DNA from: Ostrea edulis
Taxonomy: Eukaryota
Assembly (NCBI RefSeq): GCF_947568905.1
Contig: NC_079164.1
Location: forward strand, 53,444,001 to 53,508,000
Length of the DNA stretch: 64,000 bases
Direction of reading: 5' to 3'
Below the pieces are notes generated by a model, which did not search any database, was not told where the DNA came from, and saw nothing but the letters and a program-made list of their open reading frames with translations. This document shows, in pieces, positions 50,218 to 62,661 of the stretch. Made by a program: the position numbers and the translations under genes. Numbering within the stretch: position 1 is the stretch's first letter; each line of letters starts with the position of its first letter.

Positions 50218-51424
50218 GTATAGCATTAAACATACTTAATTTCATTGATAGAGGCTATGATAAGCGCGCATATAGAGGGGAAAGTCCGACCCCACAATCC
50301 CGAGTTTGGTACAAAACAAATTCCCAGTTGTGTTATTCCCGAAAATAGAATGAAAAAATATTGCATATGGTGATCCCTCCCCCTTGGGAAAAGATTCTGG
50401 ATTATCTCATGTATGAGAGCATGCGCTCTCCGTCAACATATTACCTATGCACGATTTTGTTAATTTGATTACGACTACGTTTGTCGTAAACATGTGTTGC
50501 CATTAGACTTTGATTCCCAAGTGACCCTTTGGAACGCTCGCTGAGCTTCATACACCCCAACCCCCTTGATAATTTTACTAGTGTTATTCTAAAATATGAC
50601 TATCAATGGGTAGCGGTTGAACTGTAGCTCTCTGGTATTTATTGGGATATACCAGAGAGCTATGGATCCACTTCTTATGAAAAACTTCAATTTAAAATGA
50701 AACTTCTTTGCATCATTGAGGTCTTATTTCGCTGGTGTATACCCCCCCCCCCCCCCCCAGAAAGCTACAATTCTCCAGCTAATCGATGGAAAGATGTTAT
50801 TATCAGCATGCTTTATACACTTAAAATTATGTCTCCCTTCTTCCAAGGGGAAACATATTGTTTTTGTACTTTCTGTTTGTCTGTCCATCTGTCAGTCTAT
50901 TCATCTGTCTGTCACAAAATATTGTTAACACTTCTCCTCCAGTATGGCTTATCAGATGAACTTGAGACTTTGTATTATGCTTCGTTGCCATTTGTAAATA
51001 TGCATATTGGTGGGACGGGATGATCCAATTATTTTCCTAAAAGTTATAGTGGATTTAAGAGGGGTGGAGAATGCAGAATAGTTTGTGAACACTTCTATAT
51101 GGCTTATCGGATGGACTTGAAACATTGTACAATGCTTCATTGCCATTTGTAAATGTGCATATTGTCGGGATAGAAGAATCCCATTATTTTCCTAGAAGTT
51201 ATAGTGGATCTAAGTTGGTCGGAAATTGTAATATAGTTTGTGAATATTTCTCCTATATGGTTTATCCAATAGACTTGAAACTGTGTACAATACTTCATTA
51301 TCATGTAAGGATGTTCACATTGTTCTGAACAGGTATCTAATATTTTCTTACAATTTACAGTGGATCAAGGAGTGTTTTATACCTTGTTTTCATGTACAAG
51401 GGTATGTTCACTTTCCTACTAGTA

Positions 51425-54400
51425 CTGTGACACATGCAGACCATACGTAAAGTTCCACCGTGTGACACATACAAAACATATGTATAGAACTGTGTGACAC
51501 ATACAGAACATATGTATAGAACCATGTGACACATACAGAATATATGTATAGAACTGTGTGACACATGCAGACCATACGTAAAGTTCCACCGTGTGACACA
51601 TACAGAACATATGTATAGAACCATGTGATACATACAGAACGTATGTATAGAACTGTGTGACACATACAGAATATATGTATAGAACTGTGTGACACATACA
51701 GAACATATGTATAGAACTGTGTGACACATACAGAACATATGTATAGAATCATGTGACACATACAGAACATATGTATAGAACTGTGTGACACATACAGAAC
51801 ATATGTATAGAACTGTGTGACACATACAGAACATATGTATAGAATCATGTGACACCTACAGAACATATGTATAGAACTGTGTGACACATACAGACCATAC
51901 GTAAAGTTCCACCGTGTGACACATACAGAACATATGTATAGAACCATGTGACACATACAGAGCATACGTATAGAACCATGTGACACATACAGAGCATACG
52001 TATAGAACTGTGTGACACATACAGAGCATACGTATAGAACCATGTGACACATACAGAACATACGTATAGAACTGTGTGACACATACAGAATATACATATA
52101 GTTCAACTGTTTGACACATACAGAGCATACGTATAGAACTGTGTGACACATACAGAATATACATATAGTTCAACTGTTTGACACATACAGAGCATACGTA
52201 TAGAACTGTGTGACACATACAGAATATACATATAGTTCAACTGTTTGACACATACAGAGCATATGTATAGAACTGTGTGACACATACAGAACATATGTAT
52301 AGAACTGTGTGACACATACAGAGCATACGTATAGAACTGTGTGACACATACAGAACATATGTATAGAACCATGTGACACATACAGAACATATGTATAGAA
52401 CTGTGTGACACATGCAGACCATACATAAAGTTCCACCGTGTGACACATACAGAACATATGTATAGAACTGTGTGACACATACAGAACATATGTATAGAAC
52501 CATGTGACACATACAGAACATATGTATAGAACCATGTGACACATACAGAGCATACGTATAGAACTGTGTGACACATACAGAGCATACGTATAGAACTGTG
52601 TGACACATACAGAATATATGTATAGAACTGTGTGACACATACAGAATATATGTATAGAACTGTGTGACACATACAGAATATATGTATAGAACTGTGTGAC
52701 ACATACAGAACATATGTATAGAACTGTGTGACACATACAGAACATATGTATAGAACTGTGTGACACATACAGAATATATGTATAGAACTGTGTGACACAT
52801 ACATAGCATATGTATAGAACTGTGTAACACATACAGAACATATGTATAGAACTGTGTGACACATACAGAATATATGTATAGAACTGTGTGACACATACAG
52901 AATATATGTATAGAACTGTGTGACAAATAGAGAACATATGTATAGAACTGTGTGACACATACAGAATATATGTATAGAACTGTGTGACACATACAGAATA
53001 TATGTATAGAACTGTGTGACACATACAGAATATATGTATCGAACTGTGTGACACATACAGAACATATGTATAGAACTGTGTAACACATACAGAGAATACG
53101 TATAGAACTGTGTGACACATACAGAGCATACGTATAGAACTGTGTGACACATACAGAACATATGTATAGAACTGTGTGACACATACAGAACATATGTATA
53201 GAACTGTGTGACACATACAGAATATATGTATAGAACTGTGTGACACATACAGAATATATGTATAGAACTGTGTGACACATACAGAACATATGTATAGAAC
53301 TGTGTGACACATACAGAACATATGTATAGAACTGTGTGACACATACAGAATATATGTATAGAACTGTGTGACACATACATAGCATATGTATAGAACTGTG
53401 TAACACATACAGAACATATGTATAGAACTGTGTGACACATACAGAATATATGTATAGAACTGTGTGACACATACAGAATATATGTATAGAACTGTGTGAC
53501 AAATAGAGAACATATGTATAGAACTGTGTGACACATACAGAATATATGTATAGAACTGTGTGACACATACAGAATATATGTATAAAACTGTGTGACACAT
53601 ACAGAATATATGTATAGAACTGTGTGACACATACAGAACATATGTATAGAACTGTGTAACACATACAGAACATATGTATAGAACTGTGTGACACATGCAG
53701 ACCATACGTAAAGTTCCACCGTGTGACACATACAGAACATATGTATAGAACTGTGTGACACATACAGAACATATGTATAGAATCATGTGACACATACAGA
53801 GCATACGTATAGAACTGTGTGACACATACAGAGCATATGTATAGAACTGTGTGACACATGCAGAACATATGTATAGAACTGTGTGACACATGCAGACCAT
53901 ACGTAAAGTTCCACCGTGTGACACATACAGAACATATGTATAGAACTGTGTGACACATACAGAACATAGGTATAGAATCATGTGACACATACAGAGCATA
54001 CGTATAGAACTGTGTGACACATACAGAGCATATGTATAGAACTGTGTGACACATGCAGAACATATGTATAGAACTGTGTGACACATGCAGACCATACGTA
54101 AAGTTCCACCGTGTGACACATACAGAACATATGTATAGAACTGTGTGACACATACAGAAAATATGTATAGAACCATGTGACACATACAGAATATATGTAT
54201 AGAACTGTGTGACACATGCAGACCATACGTAAAGTTCCACCGTGTGACACATACAGAACATATGTATAGAACTGTGTGACACATACAGAGAATACGTATA
54301 GAACTGTGTGACACATACAGAGCATATGTATAGAACTGTGTGACACATACAGAACATATGTATAGAATTGTGTGACACATACAGAACATACGTATAGAAC

Positions 54401-54600
54401 TGTGTGACACATACAGAAAATATGTATAGAACTGTGTGATACATACAGAACATAAATATAGTTCCACCGTGTGACACATACAGAGCATAAATATAGTTCC
54501 ATTGTGTGACATGCTGAACATACGTAAAGAACCGTGTGACACATACAGACCATAGGTATAGTTCCACCATTTGACACATACAGAACACACGTATAGAACC
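51425..54600. repeat. 32-bp minisatellite (GTGTGACACATACAGAACATATGTATAGAACT), ~100 copies with interspersed longer variants
   Basis: Read directly. The minus strand is stop-free in long stretches, which produces the 550-806 aa Cys/His/Tyr-rich pseudo-ORFs. Confidence 0.97.
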
Positions 54601-55688
54601 GTAAGGAAAAGGTCGTGAAGTGGAGAACATCTTGTGTCATACCGACCACGTCAAACCTCATTCTCTCAACAGAGGGCGTGTTACGTGAGCTTCACTTACT
54701 CGTCTGTCAACGCTTGGAATCACGTGACAATACAGTCACATGATATAAACAGTCATTCTCGTTTCCTTTCCCTTTAAAAGTTTTGGCAACTGGTGATATA
54801 TCGGGCTCTTTTTATAGCCAACTGGCACTTTGTTACGCACATTTTTACCACTTATCTGTTAGTCTCTTATATGACCGGTTTGATCGTATTTTTACAGCCT
54901 TTTTTACTTATGATTCCATGTTTACATTAAATCTCCACCACGTGAATGCCCTATATTCATACGCATATTACGAAGTAGTTCCAAATTTGGGGTCAGAAAA
55001 CAGCGAGTTTAAACAATTTACAGTAAGCATCAATTTAATTGCACCAAAAGCATTTCATGATATGACTAAATATTTAGTCCAAAATATAAATGTTGGATAT
55101 TAGAAACTTTTACAAGATTTGTATAAAAAGCCCTTTACAGAGGTGCAGTGCTCGTCCCGCACGGAACTCTGGGTAGAGAATGGTCAAACCTTAGACGTAA
55201 AAACAGGTAGTGATTGCTCCTTCGCCAAACACTCGGCATTTAAAAGTGAGAATCACGAGTCTTTCGGATATGACCTTAAAAACGTGTCTGGACATGAGAA
55301 ATCAACGGGACGTGAAACGACCAACCCATGTTTCTAATATTAATTTTTCCGCGCGTTTGCAGCGGACCATAAATGCAACTCCGTCATATATACATTAGAT
55401 CCTTTAATGGATCAGTACTTTATGAATATCAGTATTTAATTTGCTGAAATTGTCAGATATTTCATTTTTTATAGTTTATAATACAAACGAAATTTTTGTC
55501 TTGTTTCCAACACCGAAAAAAAGTCTATTGAATACGGTGCATATAACTTTAATAAACTGAATTACAACGAAAACAGTCTGTAATATCACAAAATCTCCAT
55601 AATAGCATTTAAAAAAAAACGGATCTTCAATGTCAAGGTGATGACATCTTGAAGTTTATGATTGATTGATTGATTGTATCTTGCTTAA

Positions 55689-56461
55689 AGGGAAAGCCAA
55701 CCCTAACCACACTGTTGCCTTTATGAATAAAGTATTACTTACTGATATCGTAAATGACAGTCTTTAACAACAAATATCCTTGCTTAACAATTAAATCACT
55801 ATCAATCTATCTTATATTTCAAATTACCCGCCGCTAAGAGAGCGGCCATTGAAGTTTAATTTATTACGCCACACCGTCGGTTCCGGTTTATTTCATCAGC
55901 AGCACTGTAAACACGACAAGTCACGAACAGTTAAATTTGGAGCCGTATAGATTTGAGCCCAAGACGTTCAGTCGAGTCGCAGACCAGGTAGATGGTACTC
56001 GTTTCTTCATACATGTAAATGTCTCAAACCTCAACTTTTCATTACACAAATGATGGATCCACAGTTTACATAGTATTTTCTTGTCAAATTGGGTCAGGAA
56101 TTTGGGGGGGGGGGGACTTTTTTCACATCTTCCCTTCGCATTAGTGTAATTAACTGCTTGACAGGAAGGCATCCACCTATTTACAATGTATTCGTAAAAT
56201 CTACCACATGCACATCTTTGATATTATCAAAACCGGAATAGACGGCGTGACGTCAAAATTATTCATTTTTGTGGTCTTGAATACAAAAGAGTTCCGCATC
56301 ATGGCAGCCTCAGTAGATGATGGGAATTTCAAATTTTAACGTTTTAAAATTAGTACTGAAGCTTATCTAGACTGTATATTAAAAGAATAGTATAACAAAT
56401 CTTTATCATATTATTAATCCTATCATTTATCATGTAAAATTTTTGGGAGTTGCCTTTCCCT
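55689..56461. mobile_element. Kolobok-like non-autonomous DNA transposon with TTAA TSD, inserted in a SINE tail
   Basis: TTAA|AGGGAAAGCCAACCC ... GGGAGTTGCCTTTCCCT|TTAA. An internal stub QLNLEPYRFEPK resembles, from memory, the PYxFEP motif of Kolobok accessory ORFs. Confidence 0.7.
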
Positions 56462-56472
56462 TTAACGTCTCG

Positions 56473-56506
<34 letters not shown>

Positions 56507-56794
56507 AAGACCGGTGAAGGGCTTCAAATTTAGGCATGCTCGGCGCTTACGGCCATGGATCAGCGAGGGTTCTTTAGCGTGCCACACCTACTGTGACACG
56601 GGACATCCGTTTTTAAGGTCATCTCCGAGGACCCGTGACATTCACATCTGATGCCGAGCGTTTGGCGATGGAAGTTTATGCATTACTCCCCATATAGCAT
56701 ATTTTTCATTGAGCACATCAGATGAATAACTCCTATAATCTTTATCCCACTGATTATATAATTTGCTATATGATACACTCCTGCCTTTCACTTT

Positions 56795-57610
56795 ATTCAA
56801 TCGGACGTTTGCTATATATTACACTTCTCCCCTTTATTCAATCGGAAGTTTGCAATATCTTACACTCTTCTCCCGTTTATTCAATCGGTAGTATGCTATA
56901 TATTACACTTCTCCACTTTATTAAATCGAATGTTTGCAATATGTTACACACTTCTGCTCTTTATTCAGTCGGACGTTTGCTATATATTACACTTCTCCAC
57001 TTTATTAAATCGAATGTTTGCAATATGTTACACACTTCTGCTCTTTATTCAGTCGGAAGTTTGCTATATATTACACTTCTCGGCTTATTCATTAGGAAGT
57101 TTGCTATATATTACACTTCTCCCCTTATTCAATAGGAAGTTTGCTATATATTACAATTTTCTCCTTTATTCAATCAGAAGTTTGCAATATGTTACAATTC
57201 TCCCCTTTATTCAATTGGTAGTATGCTATATATTACACGTCTCCCCTTTATTGAATAGGAAACGCGCAATATGTTACACACTTCTCCCCTTTATTCAATC
57301 GGAAGTTTGCTGTATATTACACTCTTTCCCCTTTATTCATTCGGAGATTTGCTGCAAACTACACTTTCCCCCTTTATCCTTTATTCAATCGGTAGTTTGC
57401 TATATATTACACGTCTCCCCTTTATTCAATCATAGTTTACTATATATTACATTTCTCCCTTTATTCAATCGGTAGTTTGCAATATATTACACTTCTCCCC
57501 TTATTCAATCGAAAGTTTGCTATATGTTACACTTTTCCCCTTTATCCAATCGGTAATTTGCTATATATTACACTTCTCCCCTTTATTCAATCGAAAGTTT
57601 GCTATATGTT
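56795..57610. repeat. Degenerate ~41-bp tandem repeat (TTTATTCAATCGGAAGTTTGCTATATATTACACTTCTCCCC), ~20 copies
   Basis: Read directly. It accounts for track ORFs 56722-57135 and 56930-57475. Confidence 0.9.
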
Positions 57611-60600
57611 AAACTATGGTGGCTGATTTGTGCCACTTTACAATTTGTCGTCTTTTCGAGGCAAAACGACGACAAAACTAAATGATGACAAAATAATAAT
57701 TAGCGACTTTTCGCCCCGAAATATCGAAATGTCGAAAAGACGACAAAACGAAAAGTCGAAAAGACGACAAATTACAGGCGAAAAGACGAGAAACTAAACC
57801 CACAAATTAGCGACCTAATTTGTCGTCTTTTCGCTTGGCGAGGCGAAAAGACGACAAAACGAAAAGTCGACAAAACGACAATTAGCGACTTTTCGCCTCG
57901 AAATAATGAAAAATTGAAAAGACGACAAAATACAGATTTTCCCGTTATTTTGTTTTCTGATTTTGGAGGAATTCATAGTGAAATTTGGTGTGTTTTCGAT
58001 AATTATCAATTACATTTATAAAACGCAAACATCTAAAATTAAATTATAGTTCTTATGTACTTGTATTCTATTGACGAAATCTTTTTTATTTTTTGTAAAT
58101 GTTATACCAGGCATGTTGAATTGGAGGTTGGGGTGGGCAGGAAACCTGGTCTCTCCCCTTTTTACAATTTACTTTTCCCGTTATTTTTACATACAAATCT
58201 CATATTTTCTACATGCAAAGTTCGATTGATCCATTCAAAAGTGTATGACTAATCAAGCCGATCATGTGATGTCAACCTTACAGTTACATCTTTTCATAAA
58301 CGTAAGCACAATTTCTCTGTCATAGTAAGTTGATTCCCCCCAGCTTTCCCATGCTTATCGTCCTAAACTTAACCATTTATCTAAGACAAGGTGGGGTGGG
58401 GTGAGGTTTGTCACAAGGTTTCACATCACCGGGCTGGGTATACCAGTGAATCGAAGTAGAGCGTTTCATATAGTTATTTTGTTTTTACTTTTTTATACAG
58501 AAAACCTTCATGTTGAAGATTCTTATTTGAATATATATATATATATAATGTAAGTAAACGGATTGAATATTTAAGTCAATAACGTCTCAATAAAGTTCGC
58601 AATTTCGTGGATGTTGAAGGACAACCTTCTCGGTCTCGAAATGTTCTTTTGAAATATAAACGCCTGGTCGAAACACTAGAGACCGAGGAGGTTATCCTGA
58701 ATTATCCACGAAAACAACCGGATTTTTCATTTTTGTTCTACTACGGTTCAGAAATATACTTCGTGACGTCATGACAATTTCCGAAACGGACAAGGCCTAC
58801 ATGATTTTTGCTGACAAAAAAGGTGAGATAGCAGGATATACTAGATCTATTTTTCAAAAATATTTCAAGTATTTAGTTCGATGTTGATGGAGTATATCAA
58901 TGGCCTTAAATAAGAAAACTACATGTGTGTGGAAGAGGGTAATAATAATAAATTTGTTTTGCAACATATATTGCTCATTTTTTATGATTATAAAATTGAA
59001 TTATCAGTTATTTACTTTGCTGCATTAGCAAAACACGAAGTGCAAGTGAAATGTGTATTCATTTTCTCATAATCAGTTATTACGTATGGATGTATATCGC
59101 AGAATATTGACCGCGGCATTCCTTTGATATCTGCAATAACCATGGTAGAAGTCACGATATGCAGTGTATAGTAAATAGACTGATTTAACTTTAATATTTT
59201 ACACTTTCTACTCGGAAAATTTGGACACTTTCGAATTCGTAAAAAAGAAGAAAAAAATTAAATATACAAAAACAAAACTCTAAACTTATGATTTGCGTTA
59301 AACATTTTCAATATTTTATATATATATGCGTAAATACTTATAGTAAATATAGATCGGTAATTAAGATGAATAGAAGGAAAAAAACAAACATATGGCTTAT
59401 TGTTATGCAATCTGGAAGAATGAAATTCGCATACAACATAAAGATCTCTCCTAAAATTTACAGATCTTTCTAATGGGAACAAATGAATAATCATGGTTAT
59501 GGTTTGTCAAAATAATATACATACACAAGGGCTTCAAACTTTTATACAAGGAATAGTTGCTAATGACAGGTCTATTATTGTTGGGTAATTCCAAGTATTA
59601 GGGTACCAAGCTCCAGTTGCTCTACACCGGTTGCGGTAGACAAGAGGTTACAGTTGCTCTACACCGGTTGTGGTAGCTTATATAGATTATGATGCTTGCT
59701 TCACAACCGGGTAGCTCAGGTTCGATTTGCGATTTCCGTGCAATATTGGGCATTGGAATGATAAAGACACCCCATAGCGCCATGTCAAAATCTAAATCTG
59801 GTAATACGTTTCTACATTAGTGAAAAATTGTCGAATGTGACGCAAAATCTCTATCTACCCGATAGCTCTTACATGTGTCTCCTTTTCCTCTAAACAAAGG
59901 AAACTCTATTATATAAGTCTCCCTTTCCTCTAAACAAAGAACACTAACTCTTGTTATCTTCTCTTTCATTTTGTAGTCCCTATATTAGCGCTCAACTTGC
60001 AATAATATTGACCTATATTGAACATAAGTGATCTCTATTCAATTTGTAGCACACGCACAAGAAATATTATGAACGTGATGTTCGTATAAATTTTCATTCC
60101 ATGCCAATTACAGGACGCTCCTGAATACATGCATTATATATGGCTCTGGTGATGTCACTGTCTGTGCAGTGGCGTGTCAACAACCGGAGCGGACAAGACA
60201 ATGTTGCTTGCTTAAAAAATAAGTGAACTCACAATTTTATTCCTATTTACTATCTTAAAAGTAAAACTCGGTTATCAAATATTGTGTATAAGATTAATTT
60301 ATTTCATGCGTAGGAATATCCCGTGACGAAACAGTCGCCATCTTGCCTTACATGCACGACAAGCGTGTACAAGAGCGTCCGATTTGGAAATATTTCATTT
60401 ACCATGTTTACCTTATCCAGCGACCCATTCGACCAAAATCCATACATTTATTCATTTTTGTGGTGTACTTTATGCAGGCAGTGTTTGCAGGTTTTATGAA
60501 AAGCCATACCAGCAAGTTACAAATATCAATGTAGGGCAAATCCAAGGTCGTAAAGCGGAAGCGAAGATATGGATGTATACTCTTACTATTGTAAATTTGA

Positions 60601-61821
60601 GCACTTACACACAGGATTAAACGTATTAATACAAGAAGTACTTTTATGGTGGAGTTGATTTCTTGATAATGTTTTTAATGGACTGGAGTTACTACATACT
60701 GTGATATAATGGAATATTTGTTCATGCTCCAATATTCAAAATTCGAGGCTTCAACAATGTTTAATATCGTTTTCCATACTGTTATTCTCCTTATGGAAGT
60801 AAAATAAAAGACCCCACTATTCACAAGTGTTACAAAACTAGTAACAACATTTTAAACTGGACCGAAAATCTACATACGCACTAATATTTCCCTCATAAAA
60901 CGACGTAATAATTAACGATGACTGGATCAATCATTACAATCTCAACGTAACACATGTATTTAAACAAAAATATTGAAGTTCACTAACACGCTATGGATAG
61001 AAGGCGAGGTCGTGAAAAGTTTATTTTATTCGCTCTTTGCGGCCATTTTGAATGCTTCAAACTATTTGACCTACATTTATGTCAAGATATTGTGTGTGTG
61101 TGCACGAAAATCGTGCGTATACATACGTCTTGTTTGTACAAGTATCAACAATTACAATGAACTTTTAAATCAATCATTGAAAAATTCGAGAAAATAAAAT
61201 CCTCATTTCTTCTGGCACTAAGCATGGATTTCAGAATTTTTTTAAAAAAAGCATATAATCCCCACCACTCTGTGATTTCCTTAACCAAAATCGATACGCA
61301 GAATTAGTCAGCCAGTCAGCCCTGACAACATTTAACAAAATCGATATCATTAGCAGGACCCGTCATTGGCAAGGATATATATACGTTCTGGTTATCGGAC
61401 CAAAAAATCTGTTTCATATCGATTTCGTACCAGGGATTTACACTGTTAAATACCATGGTTCGGATAGTAACGTCTATTAATACACAGTAAAGGAATGATA
61501 TGATGTAATTGGTCGATCATACCAAACCTTACTTTTTACGATGTTCAATGGTATTTGGTAAACCACACCAAAAACCTACTTTTTACGATGTTAATGGTGT
61601 GTGTGTATGGGTGTGTGTACACATGATGACTAATGGATATACAAATATAAGTGTTGCAAGCTTTGTCCTTGATCACTAAGCGTTACGCTCTTGTATTTGC
61701 AGCTTGAAAGAAGGAAATATTCAGAATTTTTTTCCTGGGTTTAAGGGTCTAGTAAAAATACCTAAACTATATATATTGTGTGTGTGTGTATATATACTCC
61801 CCTACACCAATATTTGCCTAC

Positions 61822-62107
61822 CTGCACTCCCGGCATCAATAACAGTCGTAACCCCACGCGAAAGACAATGCTCATCGGGGTTGATCCCCAATGGTGTAGC
61901 ATACTGGTAACAGTGAACATGGCAATCAATCAGACCAGGCGTTACTAAGCAACCACCAGCATCGAAAGTCTCTTTCGCCAGAAAATGTGCATTATTGCCA
62001 ATCGACAGGATGGTTCCATTATTGACAGCAATATCAGCTACTGTGTCCAATCCATTCGCGGGATCGATTATTCTTCCGTTTTTAACCATAAAGTCAATGT
62101 GTGACAT
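61822..62107 (-). CDS. COG3964-type amidohydrolase, coding exon 1
   Basis: MSHIDFMVKNGRIIDPANGLD...GCLVTPGLIDCHVH...LSRGVTTVIDAGSAG; donor GCAG|GTAGGC. An upstream acceptor TTTATAG at 62131 suggests a 5' UTR exon. The six exons total 1275 nt = 424 aa plus stop. Confidence 0.93.
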
Positions 62108-62578
62108 GTTGTAATGGAGGTTCTTGTTATCTATAAACATATATCTTGTAGAACCGTTAGACTAACTATCTCTCTTTCTCTCAAGTTTACGTAAACTCTA
62201 GCTCTATAGCTCTACGAATTATATTTTAATGAAATGGTAATGTAAATGTCGAAGATAACAGGACAGATATATCCATCAATATAATATGTGTTTGATAACA
62301 ATAGTATGGCTAAAATATATCCTCAACGATCAGTTGATTTGTAAGACACGAAATTATAATAAAACATAAAACTATTTTTGAGATAGTCCCTGGTCGATAA
62401 TATATGATATACCATGTGACTGCAATGGGTCGAAGGTCACGTGTGCAGAATGACGTCACGACAAGCCATGAATTTTTACTACAGTGTATAGAGAATATAG
62501 CAACTGTATTTGCAATGATTGGATTTGTGTTTTATTTTGTGTCCGCATAAAATCAAACGTTATGTAGCATAACAAGAA
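62108..62578. promoter_or_regulatory. Putative bidirectional promoter between the amidohydrolase and SPEN-like genes
   Basis: Divergent start codons at 62107(-) and 62579(+). The interval has GTCACGTG (E-box, 62436-62443) and a perfect TGACGTCA (CRE, 62451-62458) and carries no recognisable transposon. Confidence 0.6.
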
Positions 62579-62661
62579 ATGGTACGAGAAACGAGGTACC
62601 TTCTTGTTGGGAATTTACCCGAGAAGACTACAGAAGATGCAGTTGGTGAACATTTTAAGCG
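62579..62661 (+). CDS. SPEN: SPEN/MINT (Msx2-interacting protein)-like, coding exon 1 (start of N-terminal RRM); not in the ORF track
   Basis: MVRETRYLLVGNLPEKTTEDAVGEHFKR closely matches the SPEN N-terminus as recalled (MVRETRHLWVGNLPE...EHFKR). Consensus donor AAGCG|GTGAGT, phase 2. The rest of the gene lies beyond or outside recognisable sequence. Confidence 0.85.

Noticed and set aside
51355-54661. Cys/His/Tyr-rich 200-806 aa ORFs as metallothionein-like or shell proteins
   Set aside because: All three minus frames give the same permuted text from a 32-bp unit; there are no splice or start context cues and the array lies inside an intron.
33549-62107. Bacterial contamination or a true pyrimidine-pathway dihydroorotase (CAD/PyrC)
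   Set aside because: Five canonical GT-AG introns filled with animal repeats exclude contamination. The motifs (GHGxxSF loop, ISTDLH) fit COG3964 rather than CAD DHOase.
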